A DNA stretch of 59,078 nucleotides. Origin: Macrostomum lignano (Eukaryota). Below are positions 40,585 through 53,129 of this stretch, in pieces (the first letter of the stretch is position 1; each line of letters opens with the position of its first letter). A program made the position numbers and the translations under genes. Under the pieces are notes generated by a model. The model was not told where the DNA came from, did no database searches, and saw nothing but the letters and a program-made list of their open reading frames with translations. The stretch spans positions 1 to 59,078 of the forward strand of contig NIVC01002682.1 in NCBI GenBank assembly GCA_002269645.1, given 5' to 3'.

Positions 40585-42796
40585 TCATTGTTCTATGGCC
40601 CACCCGAGTCTTAATGATTGTCCAAAAAACGCCATTATTTCAGGCTTCCAAAGCGAATTTAAACCATAGACAAAACTTGGTGAATAATCAGTTAACAGTT
40701 TATTTAACAAAAGTGACGATAGATACACTAGGCAATTGAGAATGGCATAAATAGATATGAAAAATGCGTACAGGCACAACAAACAATGATATAATAACGC
40801 AAACTATGCGTAAATTTTGTATTTTGAAATAAATTTGATTAGGAGGGTGTCATTAAAGAGATTGGAAGATTGTGACTACTAGAATTGAAAGAGTGGGATT
40901 CCTAGTAGTAGGATATTTGGATTCCTAGCATTGGAAGATTAAGATTTTAAGAAATTAGAAGATTCAGATCGGGATTAAGCATTGACAAACAAATCATTCA
41001 GAAGAAAAAGTGGTCTCAAAAGCAAACTTTGTCACTGTCCAAATACGAAGTCCAATGTCGAAGCCTAACTTATTATAAATTAAAAGTACAATTAGAAAAG
41101 CTACAGTTGGCAAACATCGGCTGACGCACTGCTGTACTCACATCCAATTGTTGTTGCGCTACTGAAACGGCCACTGTGCTACCGGCTGGTGAAGTAACAA
41201 ACGAAGTACCTGCTAAATTGTTGAATGGTGTAGTCAACGAACTATCCAGCGTGCTGTCACTTGCAGCTGGCAGACTTTTCACATCTGACACGTCACGTTG
41301 AAGACTAGTGCTGACAGCAGTCACGTCACGTTGAGACTAGTGCTGACAGCAGTCGCGACCTTTTTCAATGCTCTATCCCTTTTGCGCGATAAGTAACGGC
41401 GCACAGTAGCTTCACTACGTTGTCCCGTAACGGCCATTATCTCGTCCATGCTGTGACCGCTGTCATATAGGTCCGAGATGCGCGTGACGCGAATGCAATG
41501 GTTCGTGCATCGCTGCGAAAGCGAACACACTTCACTGAGATGTCCCATGAATGAGCACAACCAGTTGACGCCACGCACTTGGCGACTAGAAAACCTCAAG
41601 ACTCCATTAGAAGCATTAGCGAGTGGTCGTGGAAAGAAATTGTCGACTCCTTCTGGCAACAATGACTGGTAGTGAAGAATAAGATCTCTCTCAGCTCCAT
41701 AGATGCGACTCTGCTTTGCAACGTTGCCCTTGCACTTTGTCGGATCCGAAGACTGGTTTTTAGTTGGCAAAGGTGGAAGCTTCAGGTAGCTGTGCCCATC
41801 CGCGTCTTTACAATCTAGTAGTGTCCCACGTTTTCGAATCGACTCCACATGCTCCTGGCCTCTCTCTCCTAGAGTATAGAAAATGACAAAAATTACCTCA
41901 TCTTGAAGTTTTTCTGCGGTCGATCTGTCAAAATGCTGCCTGATTTTTCGAAGGTCTCCGTCCTCAATACGTTGAAACTGTTGAACAACTCCACCCTCAG
42001 CGCTGAACTGACGAACTTTCACTCGAAGCATTCTGTTAGCCGCTTCAAACTCTGGCCCATTCATAATGTCTGTCTGCATCTTGAGTATCATTCTTAGGTA
42101 ACGCTGCACACCAGCTCGAATGCATACAAGGGTAGCAGGCGAATACAGACTTCCATCAGATTTCTTTAGTCCAAAATAATAGAAACGAAGATACTCTCCT
42201 AGCTTCTCGTTGGTCATGCTTTGTACTTCTTCAGTCGTATGCTTGCGCATGAAGGCAATGAATCGACCTCCCTGTTGCATCATTTGTTCTTGGGTGGAGC
42301 GCGGTAGCGAGTCTAACTCGACGTGGTCCATGTCGGCAGCCACGGACTCAGGTAATTCTGGCAATTTGACTCCGGAAACATAATCTTCCGAGCTAGCCTG
42401 CAGATCCGTGAGGAAGCCAATAAAATTCTGCAGATCGGTGTCGTCGTGGTGATCAGTATAACTTAGCGCAGTAATAAAGCTTAGTTCACTGTCGCTAACT
42501 CCATCCAACGAATCGCAGGGAAGATGTTTCCAATTGATCAAAGCCATTTTAAGACGAGCGTAAAATTCCTCTGGTCTTGCCTTAGAAAACAGACCCTTTA
42601 AAGAGCCTTTAGTCAAGGAAAATCATAGTCTATGGTACCCTCCAACTCTTCCCTCAAGTCTTTTCACCCAAGATTAAAAATTGTCTATGGCCTGTTCTTC
42701 GATAAATTCTAAGCGGTACGCAATGAAAACATCTATGCGGTACGGAATGATCGGTACGCAATGATCGCGGGACTCGTTTAGGCCATAGAACAATGA
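40585..42796 (-). mobile_element. Crypton-like tyrosine-recombinase DNA transposon, 2212 bp, bounded by perfect 16-bp inverted repeats
   Basis: tcattgttctatggcc (40585-40600) is the exact reverse complement of ggccatagaacaatga (42781-42796); encloses a single YR ORF; subterminal repeats present. Confidence 0.75.
41073..42547 (-). CDS. Crypton/DUF3504-type tyrosine recombinase, C-terminus split by a 32/33-bp duplication (stop at 41321-41323)
   Basis: YSPATLVCIRAGVQRYL, LGERGQE (catalytic R), TKNQ (K), TNHCIR (HxxR), TGQRS (H usually here), VRRY (Y), and a C-terminal FSNCTFN motif in the downstream ORF 41073-41324. First ATG at 42547 (the track start is TTG). Confidence 0.85.
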
Positions 42797-42869
42797 GCGT
42801 GTGTAGTATGTATTAGCCTTGAATAATGATCGCTGTCACGAGTGGCGAATGCAATCTACCATTGCCCAT

Positions 42870-43241
42870 ACTCGACAACACACATGGATGTGCACTCAGT
42901 TGTTGCTCAGCAAAGTACCATCTTCACTCTCTGGGGTGCTGGCCATGTGCCTCAGAAATTCACGCAAACTTTGCTCTGCGCACGGATCCTCTGCGGTCAG
43001 CAAAATGACAGTTTATCGATGGATTGAGCAGTTCAGCAAAGGAAGGACTGACTTGGCAGATCAGCATTGAGCGGGGCGGCCATACGTTCATCGACCTGAT
43101 GTACTGGCGGACTCCATTCTGGATCTTCTTGACGAGGGCTCCCGAATGACCATTAGAGAGATCGCTGACAGGTTGGACAAGCCGAAATTAACAATTCATC
43201 GAAGCTTACTCGGCATGGATCTCGTGAAGCTCAGGCTATAA
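42870..43241 (+). pseudogene. Tc1/mariner transposase N-terminal (bipartite HTH) fragment
   Basis: ...AHGSSAVSKMTVYRWIEQFSKGRTDLADQH*AGRP...ILDLLDEGSRMTIREIADRL...TIHRSL: mariner HTH-GRP-HTH pattern with an internal TGA; no DDD domain follows. Confidence 0.7.
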
Positions 43242-44680
43242 TTTGTGTAACTCTATGGTACAGGTACTGTTACTTTCATGGGTATAACTTTTCTTCTCTG
43301 GTATTGAATCTGTAGAAGAGATTTGCCGCTATCAGTTCATAAAATTTTAAATCACAAGAAGCTATAGAACGAGAGCTACGGTTAACAATTGCTATAAACC
43401 ATTTAGATTTTTTCAAAGAAATACTCTCGCACTTACACAAATTATTTTTCAATTAGCTACTCACATAATTCGCTTGCATGTCATTTTATTGTCTGACTAA
43501 CATCAAAAGTTATCGTGCAAATTTACTTTACAATTATCTAACATTTTTAATCTAATATTTCAAATAAACATGGCTGTTTATGAAGTATAATTGTGGATAA
43601 AATGTAGACATTTATGTTTCTTTAAGGAATTGAATATACTACATTGATAACTTTCACCGTAAAATCCTTTGAAGTTACGGTAAACGACTTAAAAACGGAT
43701 TTGCTTATTTATAATCAATATTGGTGACTGAATGATGACGGGCAATCATATATAAATTATTGGTGATGGAGTGCCCAGCCATATTAGTAAAACTACCAAC
43801 TGAGACTGAGACACACGATTGCACTGATGTAATCGGTGTAAAGAAGGTAGATTAGAAATAGAAATCGAGAACAGTGCGAGTCGTTAGTGCTTCCAGTACA
43901 TTCATTGACTGTCGTCACATTGTCAACGTACACTCGTAATCTCCGGCTCTTTTAACTTCAACTATTATGGTGCTATTCACATATATAGCTAGCTGTACTC
44001 TTGAGCAGGCACAACGAGGCATTAATTTTGCCCCAGTTCAATAAAGTACCTCGTCACAATGAACTCAAGTTTCTTCTCAGCTTGCAACATGAATACGACG
44101 CGATCAAGGCTCTATTTAGCGGACTCCGCATCCCGCATGGATCTTTTTCATTGTTGGCGGGAAGAACTGTGCAGTTATAAGCCTCTCATGATCGGATCAG
44201 GCCTTCATTGGTTGTTCAATTTTTTACAATGGTTTATATAAATAGCTGCTTTTTCTGTTCCAAAAGTAAACGCAAGTTATATCTACGAGTATGCTAGCAA
44301 CTATAGACGAATTCTCCTTAGTTTCGTCAATTATAGAATATTCTAAATCGATATAGTCGATGTCTAAAACTACAATACTCAAAACACTACTACGGCGTTT
44401 TATACTGTCAATGCATGTTTTCTTCTCGATATCATAAAGCGTTTCGAAGTAAATATCATTTCAATTTGTTATAATTGACTAAATGTAATTGCTTAAAAAT
44501 TTCCGGTGATGGAGATTTAGGAGATATGGTATTAAGGTTTTCAGAATCGCTATAGATATTTAGGCATAATTTCTACTGCGGTAGTGTTCATAATCATGCA
44601 TTAAAGTTCCGCAAACTAATTTTTCAACAGTGATAAAAACGGGACTGCTCGAACAAGATTTTCTCGGAGGAATTTCCTCA

Positions 44681-45056
44681 CCTAAGAGACAGGGACGCCC
44701 ACCTAAGAGACAGGGACGCCCATCTAAGAGACAGGGACGCCCACCTAAGAGACAGGGACGCCCATCTAAGAGACAGGGACGCCCACCTAAGAGACAGGGA
44801 CGCCCATCTAAGAGACAGGGACGCCCACCTAAGAGACAGGGACGCCCATCTAAGAGACAAGGGCGCCCACCTAAGAGACATGGACGCTCTCCTAAGAGAC
44901 AGGGACGCCCACCCAGGGACAGGGGGCGCCCACCAAAGAGACAGAGGCGCCTACCTAAGAGACAGGAGTGCCCACCCAGAGACAAGGGCGCCCACCCCAG
45001 AAACCGGGGCACCCATGCACCCCAGAGACAGGGACGCCCCCTAAGAGACAGGGGAG
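44681..45056. repeat. 21-bp minisatellite (cctaagagacagggacgccca) with alternating 42-bp dimers
   Basis: About 17 units; CCA-CCT/CCA-TCT alternation early, degenerate at the 3' end; related copies near 47130-47170. Confidence 0.93.
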
Positions 45057-45699
45057 ACAATCACATACTCATTGCGATGATGACTCTCAGCTCCAGTGGA
45101 TTTTGGGCCTCTAGAAGGGCGCGAAAAACACGATAGAACTAACAATTCTTCAGCTCATTATATACTATCATAAATATTGTTGGGTGATTAATGACCCAGA
45201 TTATTTGTAACATTTGTTCAAACCCTGCATGCAGCCAATACTTCAGCTGACAGAATTCAGTTTCCTTTTAGCTGACAGAAACGGGAAATTCTGTAAATCA
45301 GTTGAATAAATTATCCATAATCATATTATTGCCTACACCTTCTACAGTGGTTGCGGCATGCATAAACTGCATCAATAAATTCAATAATATTTCAGTTCCA
45401 ATCGTTCATGTTTTCGGCTACCTAGAGACAGTCTGTGTAGCTCATGTCCTTAATAGGACTTGGATTCTGAGCTTGATTGCAGGTTGTAACGGTTTTGCAT
45501 TTTACCGAATTGTGTAAAATGATGAACAAGTATAGAAAAAGGGGAAAAGTACGTTTCTTTCAAAAATGATAGGAGGAAGATTCAATGTGTAATGTTTATT
45601 GATATTCACAGAGCTTTCTTTTAGAAAACTAGGATTCTATGTTACGAGAAGATTTTATCTTCCTAGCTGACGCTTATAAAGTGTGTAACAGAACACTCC

Positions 45700-46263
45700 A
45701 GGGCAATTTTGTCATGTCAAGCGATGGCCCCACAGAAGAAGAGTTCGGCACCAGCTCAGGTGTCTTTCAGGGCGACACGCTGGCTCCTCTGCTCTTCCTC
45801 GTGGTTGTGGACTACGTGCTTGGTCGGTGCCTCCGCGAGGATGACAGCTACTTGCTGGTCTCACGCCGAAGCTCCAGACATCCTGATCCAGCTGCTGACT
45901 AGCGCGCTCTCACAAGGCTTTGCAACGAAGGCGCCCGTCTTGGGGCTGCTGGTGAACGCTCGCAAGATGGAGGCCCTGCACGTGGGCACGAATACCGCCC
46001 CAACTCTCACGCTGCCCAATGGAGACCGCATCGCAGTGTGCGAGGACTTCCGGTACCTTGGCGCCCTGGTGATGAGCCCCGATGCGATTGTCTCCGACAG
46101 GAGGAACCAAGTCTGACGCGCCGCGCACCTCCTCAGGAACGTTTTTAATTCAGCTGCCAGAGACGACCTGAAGGTGCGCCTGTTCCGCACGGCCGTCGAG
46201 CCGATCCTGCTGTACGGCATGGAGGCTGTGCCGCTGACCGAGACGCGAGAGCGAGCCCTGGAC
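45700..46263 (+). mobile_element. Degenerate non-LTR retrotransposon (RTE-like) reverse-transcriptase fragment
   Basis: GVFQGDTLAPLLFLVVVDYVL, GLLVNARK, FRYLG, KVRLFRTAVEPILLYG.E; frameshifted, contains a stop, and the YADD segment is deleted. Confidence 0.8.
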
Positions 46264-46533
46264 TTACCGATCGCTGCTGCGAAATTAGGTTTTGTTATAC
46301 TGAATGACAATTTTAAATTGAATTAATTTCAATGGCTTCACAAGTTGCTATACATACTCCATTTTTTTTCAAGAGCTTCGAATCTGTCTGTAGGCTCGTA
46401 TTGCATAACTTTGAACGAATTCAGTCAAATGCTCCCTTAAATGCTCCCTTTGAGATCCAGGATGTTTGGGAAATCTGAAAAAGATACTTTTGACTTGATA
46501 CTGTGGCACACAAGCTGCAGTAAAATTTAGCTA

Positions 46534-46772
46534 GGGTCGCTTCACAAGCTCAAAACTTCATAAGCTCGAAATTTCACAAGCTCGAAAATTCACAACCTCG
46601 AAAACCATTCTAGCAGCCTGCTAAAATTTTCGAGGATATGAAATTTCGAGCTTATGAAGTTTCGTGTTTGTGAAAGTGGGCTGCTAGAAGGGTTTTCGAG
46701 GTTGTGAAATTTCGAGCTTATGAAAGTAACTGGTTTCGAGCTTGTGAAATTTCGAGCTTGTGAAAGCAACCC
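46534..46772. mobile_element. Foldback-type MITE built from 16-bp tttcgagcttgtgaaa units in opposing orientations
   Basis: Termini gggtcgcttcacaagctc / gagcttgtgaaagcaaccc; internal inverted ttctagcagcc/ggctgctagaa. Confidence 0.7.
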
Positions 46773-47949
46773 ATGTAGCTGTAGGGAAAAAAGAAACTCG
46801 CAAGTATAGAAGCCCAAAGCAAAGCACACGCAAGCATATACTTCGTATTTGCTATGAGTACACACTCACTCATTACTCAAGCCGATGCCCAAATTAGGAT
46901 GTCTGCAAACCCCGGCAGAATTCAGAATAGAAGTTAGTAGGACTGACTGACAGAAGCTCAGAAGCTCTACTAAGGGTGAGCATCACTGAGACAAGATGAA
47001 TAACTGGTATAGAGTGCGGACTAATGGTATAGTTTGGGCATGTCAACCTTTACAAAAATTAGTTTTTTTCTCCCGTGATTGCATGGAAGATGGAGTCCTT
47101 TGATTGAAACAAAATTTCGTAAACAACCCCCACAAAGACAGGGGCGCTCACCAAGAGACAGGGGCGCCTATTTAAAAGCAGGCTATACATGTAAATGCTA
47201 AAAAATATGAACTTTATCTGACCTGTAAAGTACATTTGATTCAGACAGTTGCTGTAAGTGCAGTTGCACTTATTTCTCAAAAGAGAAAAGTTTGAAGACA
47301 AGGAGCCTTTTCAGCTAGTGCATGTTTCTGGCAAACTCAAAATGATTTATGAGTGTTTTTTTTAATCAGTGGAGCGATTTGAAGAGAACTACATGTCAGA
47401 CAATGCTGGGTGTCACAACAACTTCCGATTCAAACAAAGTTAGCTTATTTTCAACTGGCCGTATTTGATGATTCTTTGACTTTTACATTCTCGATAACAA
47501 TCGTTTCTTCGATATACTCGTATTTTTGCTTTTTCTTGAGGGCCAACCCCCAGGGCACATGCCCAAGAGTGCAGGTGTAATTAATTATTATTATTATTCT
47601 TTGTTACGAGTATTATGGTTATTAAGCAACTTACTAGTATCAAATGCTACTGGAAAGTCATAAAGAAGTCTTTTTAACGTGTGGCAAAAGTAGTTTAAAT
47701 GAGGCACAGAAAGATGGCAAAATCTTCAGCGAACGTTCCAGGATAATTTCAGGAATTAGACATTTATTTCTTCGGTGGATAGGCCCGGAGGTAGAGAATT
47801 ATATTTCGTAAAACTTTCTTCAGCAGCAACGATGCAGTCTTCTCATAATGTATCCGATCGCTTGAGTTGATCGGGTCCAGTTCTGTTGATCTATAAGCCA
47901 GAGGATGGAAAGTAGCTAGATAGAAGCAAGAAATAAGGAATTACTTATT

Positions 47950-48330
47950 CAAGACAACCGAATTGCTTCGGGGAGGAAGATCGGAGAATTGGGATATGAG
48001 GCTATAGGATGGAGAGCAAAGCGGAAAGGGGTGCCACAAGGAGGCTGTATGAGTCGTCGGGAATGGGAAGCTGGGAGGATCGAGAAAAAGTGATGGGCCT
48101 CGGGGGATTCATTCGGAGAGAAGGGAAGTTTGCATTGGCATCGCGTCTGGCTGTGCAAGCTGTGGCCGGGAGACTAAGGAGAGGGATTCTGGATAAAAGG
48201 GCGCACCACAGGGAGAGAGGATGAAAGGGGCTAGCTATAGGCAATCTGAAAACTGCCCGCGCCACATTTCCATTTTCTTTGAACTGACCAAAGTCTTGAG
48301 AGCTTGGTGTGTGGAGAGCACAGCGAGTAG
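47950..48330 (-). mobile_element. Possible eroded LINE 3' end
   Basis: HHFFSILPASHSRRL...IFLPEAIRL resembles the HPxHxxFxxLPSG-R...SFxPxAIRL C-terminal motif of non-LTR ORF2 proteins. Confidence 0.35.
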
Positions 48331-49336
48331 CAGAAGATATGATAAGACTCTGCAGGCACCCCTAGTAGTTTGAATTCGAACACCTACCTACCTATAGCTA
48401 AGCTCGTAAGCTCATGTACAGTGCCTATAGCTCGTGACTCTGCCAGTCGAAGATAAGGGGAAGAAAAATACAAGACTCGGCTGATATTCCTTCAGAGGAG
48501 GAGTTGAGGGGTCGTATTTTATTTTGCTTTTCTTCGCGTGCCTCCAAGTGCTATATTTAGTGTCCTTTTCTTTCTGCCATGTGCCTATGCCGACTTATAA
48601 AAGCCCTGCGAAACTGAAGACCCACGGCTGAACAATCTCTCTTAGACACCTCACCTACGCAAGCCCGTCTCCTCTGCTCGCACACCCTCCTGACTGCCGC
48701 GATACTCTCTGCCCAGCTTCTCTCTCTCCATCATCATTGCTCCCCCTCTCTATTTTCCCTCTCTCCCATTTGTCTCCCTCGCGGCCTCTCTACCCCTTAT
48801 CCATCGATCAGGCGTGGGCGAAAAAAAGGATTCCAAGAGAAGAGAAGATAGAGAGAGATTTGAGCTCAGCCTCTGAGCAGTCAAAGCTTTGCTTTTGAGA
48901 CGCCCGGCAACCCGAGGAGGAAATAGGAAAAATAGGGGCGGGATAGACCAAGGGAGAAGGGCAAGGGCGTTGCCCCTGACAACCGAACAGCGGCTGAGAA
49001 TCGATCATTCTATCCTTTGCCCCTCTCTCTTCGCCCGCTTCCTTCCCTAACCCTTCTCTCCTCCCCACTCCCCACCGAGGAAGAGGAGAGGGAGAGCGCG
49101 AGGCGCACTCTAGTCGGAAGACGAGGCGAAGGGACGGAGGAGGAGGAGAGGACAGAAGCCGATCCCCTATTTGAGCCGAGTCGTGAGGTTTTTCACAGCC
49201 TCCTCTCCCTTCCTCGCGCTCGTCACCGCCGCTCGACTCCAGATCGTATTCGATAACCGGAAGCGTCCGGATTTTTCGCTCGATAACTTCGACAACCTTT
49301 CAGTGAGTTCGCGCAGTCAAGCTAGCTGAATAAATA

Positions 49337-50632
49337 ATGAGCGCCGAAAGTGTTGGAATTCCGACTGACGATATGGTCAAGGCTGCGGCCAACGTTGGCA
49401 AAGCAGCTGCCCACGGTGGCAGCAGCGGCGGCGGCCTGTCCAACACCACCGACCGATCGGTCGCCATGGGCACAACCAAGAGCTCCGGCGAGAAGGCAAT
49501 TAACAAGATTGACAATGCGCTGAACGTACTATCCGAGAAAGCGCATATGGGTAAGCCGGCCATCGTTACTATCATTATCGGAGTATTGCTGGTGTTCCTG
49601 CTCATCATGTACTGCATCTGCAAGCGCTGCATCTGTCGCCGAAAGAAGGGCGGCAAAGACGGCAAGAAAGGCAAAGGTGCCGTGGACATGAAGAGCGTTC
49701 AACTGCTCGGCAATGAGTACAAGGAGAAGGTGCAGCCGGACATGGAGGAGCTGGTCGAGACGATGGAGGACAACGAAGGCGCCCAAGAGAAGGAAGTCGA
49801 AAAGCTGGGCAAGCTGCAGTACTCGCTTGACTACGACTTCCAAAAGGGCGAGCTGTCCGTAGGCGTGATTCAGGCCTCGGACTTGCCCGCCATGGACATG
49901 GGCGGCACCTCGGACCCATACGTGAAGGTCTATATCATGCCAGAGAAAAAGAAGAAGTTCGAGACCAAGGTGCATCGGAAGACTCTCAACCCGGTGTTCA
50001 ACGAGACCTTCATCTTTAAGGTGCCGTACGCCGACGTGCCCTCGAAGACTCTTGTATTCGCCGTCTACGATTTCGATCGCTTCTCGAAGCACGACCAAAT
50101 TGGTCTGATTAAACTGCCGCTTGGCGCCATCGACCTGGCCCGCCTGATCGAGGAGTGGAAGGACATCGACCCACCTGAGAGCGAGGACGACAAGAGCAAT
50201 CGTCTCGGCGACATCTGCTTCTCACTGCGCTACGTACCCACCGCCGGAAAGCTGACTATCGTGATTCTGGAGGCCAAGAACCTCAAGAAGATGGACGTCG
50301 GCGGCCTCTCGGATCCGTATGTGAAACTGTCGCTGATGCTCAACGGCAAGAGGATCAAGAAGAAGAAGACCACCATTAAGAAGTGCACCCTGAACCCGTA
50401 CTACAACGAGTCGTTCTCTTTCGAGGTGCCGTTCGAACAAATCCAGAAGGTGTCCCTGATTGTCACGGTAGTTGACTACGACCGCATCGGCACCAGCGAG
50501 CCCATCGGGCGCATCGTGCTGGGCTGCACAGCCACCGGCGCCGAGCTACGCCACTGGTCCGACATGCTGGCCAACCCGAGGCGCCCCATTGCCCAGTGGC
50601 ACACGCTGCAGGAGATGCCCGAGAAGTCCTAA
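49337..50632 (+). CDS. SYT1: Synaptotagmin-1-like Ca2+ sensor (431 aa, single coding exon)
   Basis: TM helix plus Cys cluster; C2A ([27 protein letters not shown]); C2B ([32 protein letters not shown]); C-terminal IAQWHTL. Confidence 0.97.
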   Translation: MSAESVGIPTDDMVKAAANVGKAAAHGGSSGGGLSNTTDRSVAMGTTKSSGEKAINKIDNALNVLSEKAHMGKPAIVTIIIGVLLVFLLIMYCICKRCICRRKKGGKDGKKGKGAVDMKSVQLLGNEYKEKVQPDMEELVETMEDNEGAQEKEVEKLGKLQYSLDYDFQKGELSVGVIQASDLPAMDMGGTSDPYVKVYIMPEKKKKFETKVHRKTLNPVFNETFIFKVPYADVPSKTLVFAVYDFDRFSKHDQIGLIKLPLGAIDLARLIEEWKDIDPPESEDDKSNRLGDICFSLRYVPTAGKLTIVILEAKNLKKMDVGGLSDPYVKLSLMLNGKRIKKKKTTIKKCTLNPYYNESFSFEVPFEQIQKVSLIVTVVDYDRIGTSEPIGRIVLGCTATGAELRHWSDMLANPRRPIAQWHTLQEMPEKS

Positions 50633-53129
50633 ACTCGGCGAATTTAGATAGGTAACTGCTGCAGACTCTGCTAGGTAAGGGAGCCGATCGATCTCTGTCA
50701 GGCGTGATTGAGAGTTACGACCAGCACGACCGCAAAATATAGCTCGCGTTTTTTACAAGCTGTTAACAACTGATCCAGTGAGGTGGTTGGAAAAATCTTA
50801 TTTTTTGTCGTTCAAGTTTTCGCCTATTTTTTTCTGAAATTGATACGGGGATTTAGCGCATGTTTAAAACCTAGCGCAAGCGGGACGAACCTTATGGAAA
50901 TCGGATTGTTGCTAAAATAGCTTATAGTTGGGCCTTTATCTGTTCAAAATACCCGTTGATGCACAAGAAAAATCACGGCCGGAGATTTTCATACCGTTAT
51001 ATTTCAACCACCCTATATAGTAATACGAGCATATATATACGCCCAACACAATTTTCACGATCGATTCTTAAAAAGTTCATTCTCGTGTTTTTGTGTGGTC
51101 AGTAGAAACTTTCATGTGCGTGTTTTATTTTCAATGTTTTTACATTCATTCGATTCGCATTATATCAGAAACTCGTTTTTAGCATAATCGTCAGAAGCAA
51201 CATATATATATTATTTCTATATTTAGCTTAATGGTTTACACAGTCCCATATCGATCCCGTACTGCCATCAACGCTTATATTTATATTTTGTGCGCTCCTG
51301 CTTTGTTGTGATTTTGATTTAGATAACTGTGCACTGTGCCGATATTGACAATATTCTTGACGCACTATATAGTTCACGACGTGCTGCTGACTCTCTGCAA
51401 GAATTTGATACAGTCTGCATTAGCTAGACCAAACTGCAGTAGTTTGAAAACTTTGAATATTCTCAGTTGTAGTCAGCAGACTCTGAACTGTGCGCTTTAG
51501 TCTACCGTAATGTTCGCTTACAAACAATGAGGCTTTTCCAAGCTAATAAAATGCGTATTTATGCACGTTTATCATTGATTTGTATAACCTACTTTATTAA
51601 TTACCGTGTTTTAAACGAAACAGTGATTGTCAGTTTTTGTATTTGTTTTATTATTATTTGTGAATTTTGTGATTTTATGGACGTATAATTGTACACTCTG
51701 CGCTTTATCTATTTTGTGCGCGTATTTTTGTCCAAATGCTTGATTTCCACACCCTATTTCTGTAATACGCTAACTTTGAGTAGCTTTTCTGACTAGGCGT
51801 TCCCCCAGTGTGTCACTGATAAACCGATCAGATATGGCAAAAAAAGGTTTTTTAATGGCTATATTTAGTTCAGTTTTTGTCAGTATATGTCGTTTATTCT
51901 TTATATTCTAAACCGGATTACTGGATTTGAGAAATCCAATAGCAGTAAATCAACTCAGTCAAATAACAGTGAGAATATCGATCAACAAAGTCCATAAAAT
52001 TATAACAGATATAACAAATCCTGGCACTAAATCAAAATCGTACGCAGCTGTATTTCAGTACAAATTGCGGTAATCCGAATTTTCATTTTTTGCAAGTTAA
52101 TTCCCGTTTTTACAAGCGCAGGCATACGTGTTCCAAAGCATATTTATTGTATTAGTTACACGTGTGCTACATAAATTATTTATTAAATGTTGCTATCCCG
52201 TAGGTTTCAGAGCCTCGCAGTTAAACCTTACAATTTACAAACGCAGATTTAACCCCTCTGACGATAAATTGCTGTGCCGTGAATTTTTTGTCCGCTTTCT
52301 TGCGCTCGTTATCTCACGTTTTTTAGTAAGCAGTCTTATTCATTTTGTGTGCAGGCTTTGAGCAAAAAACCACTAAGCAATATTTTTTCTGTATTTTCGA
52401 TGTTTCCGTTGTCGAAGGTAAGAATCGTTATAAGCAGACGAAATTTATTAGAGTTCAGCTGATAAAATTTCACCAAGGTTTTCGCATGTTAAAGACACCA
52501 CTGGATAAAATCAGTAGATTGAATTTGTAGGTTTCCCTGTTTATTTGTGCGACGTTTTCAGTGTGTTTTAAATATATAAATATATGATATATATTTAAAC
52601 ATCATCTATGTTTATATGTGTACAAAAAGACACAAAAAAGCACAAAAGTTTGTTTGAATTTGCATGTTTGTTTGTTTTCATCTGATAATATAGAATCGTT
52701 ACAAAAAACAGGCAGCAGTATTTTACTATGCCTCGTTATACGAGCGTACATGCATGCACACTCCTGGGCTATTATAACTATAGAAGTCAAGCGGGTTTTT
52801 AAATGAATCGGCATGGGCAAATGTAAAGTCAACTTTAGTCAAGCGAAAGAAGGCTAGAAAGAAGAATCCACGTCGGACAAGTGAGAGGAGCTGATGGTCT
52901 GTGTGGATAGACAATTCGTTGAGGATTATTGTCAGTCACGCAGGGCAAACACGGACTGCTCTGTACTATACAGGTGAGGAGAGAGAGATGAGATGGATAG
53001 ACAGACGAGACGCTCCAGGATGATGAGCTAGAAGTCTAGTGCTGTGGCTAAGATGGAAAAGAAAATGACGATTTTGATTAGGAAGAAAAAGAGGAGAGAA
53101 GGTAGCCCGAGCATTAGCACGGCTTGTTA

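Noticed and set aside
43900-44260. Moderately GC-rich patch with short open frames
   Set aside because: Multiple stops in all frames and no motif I can identify.
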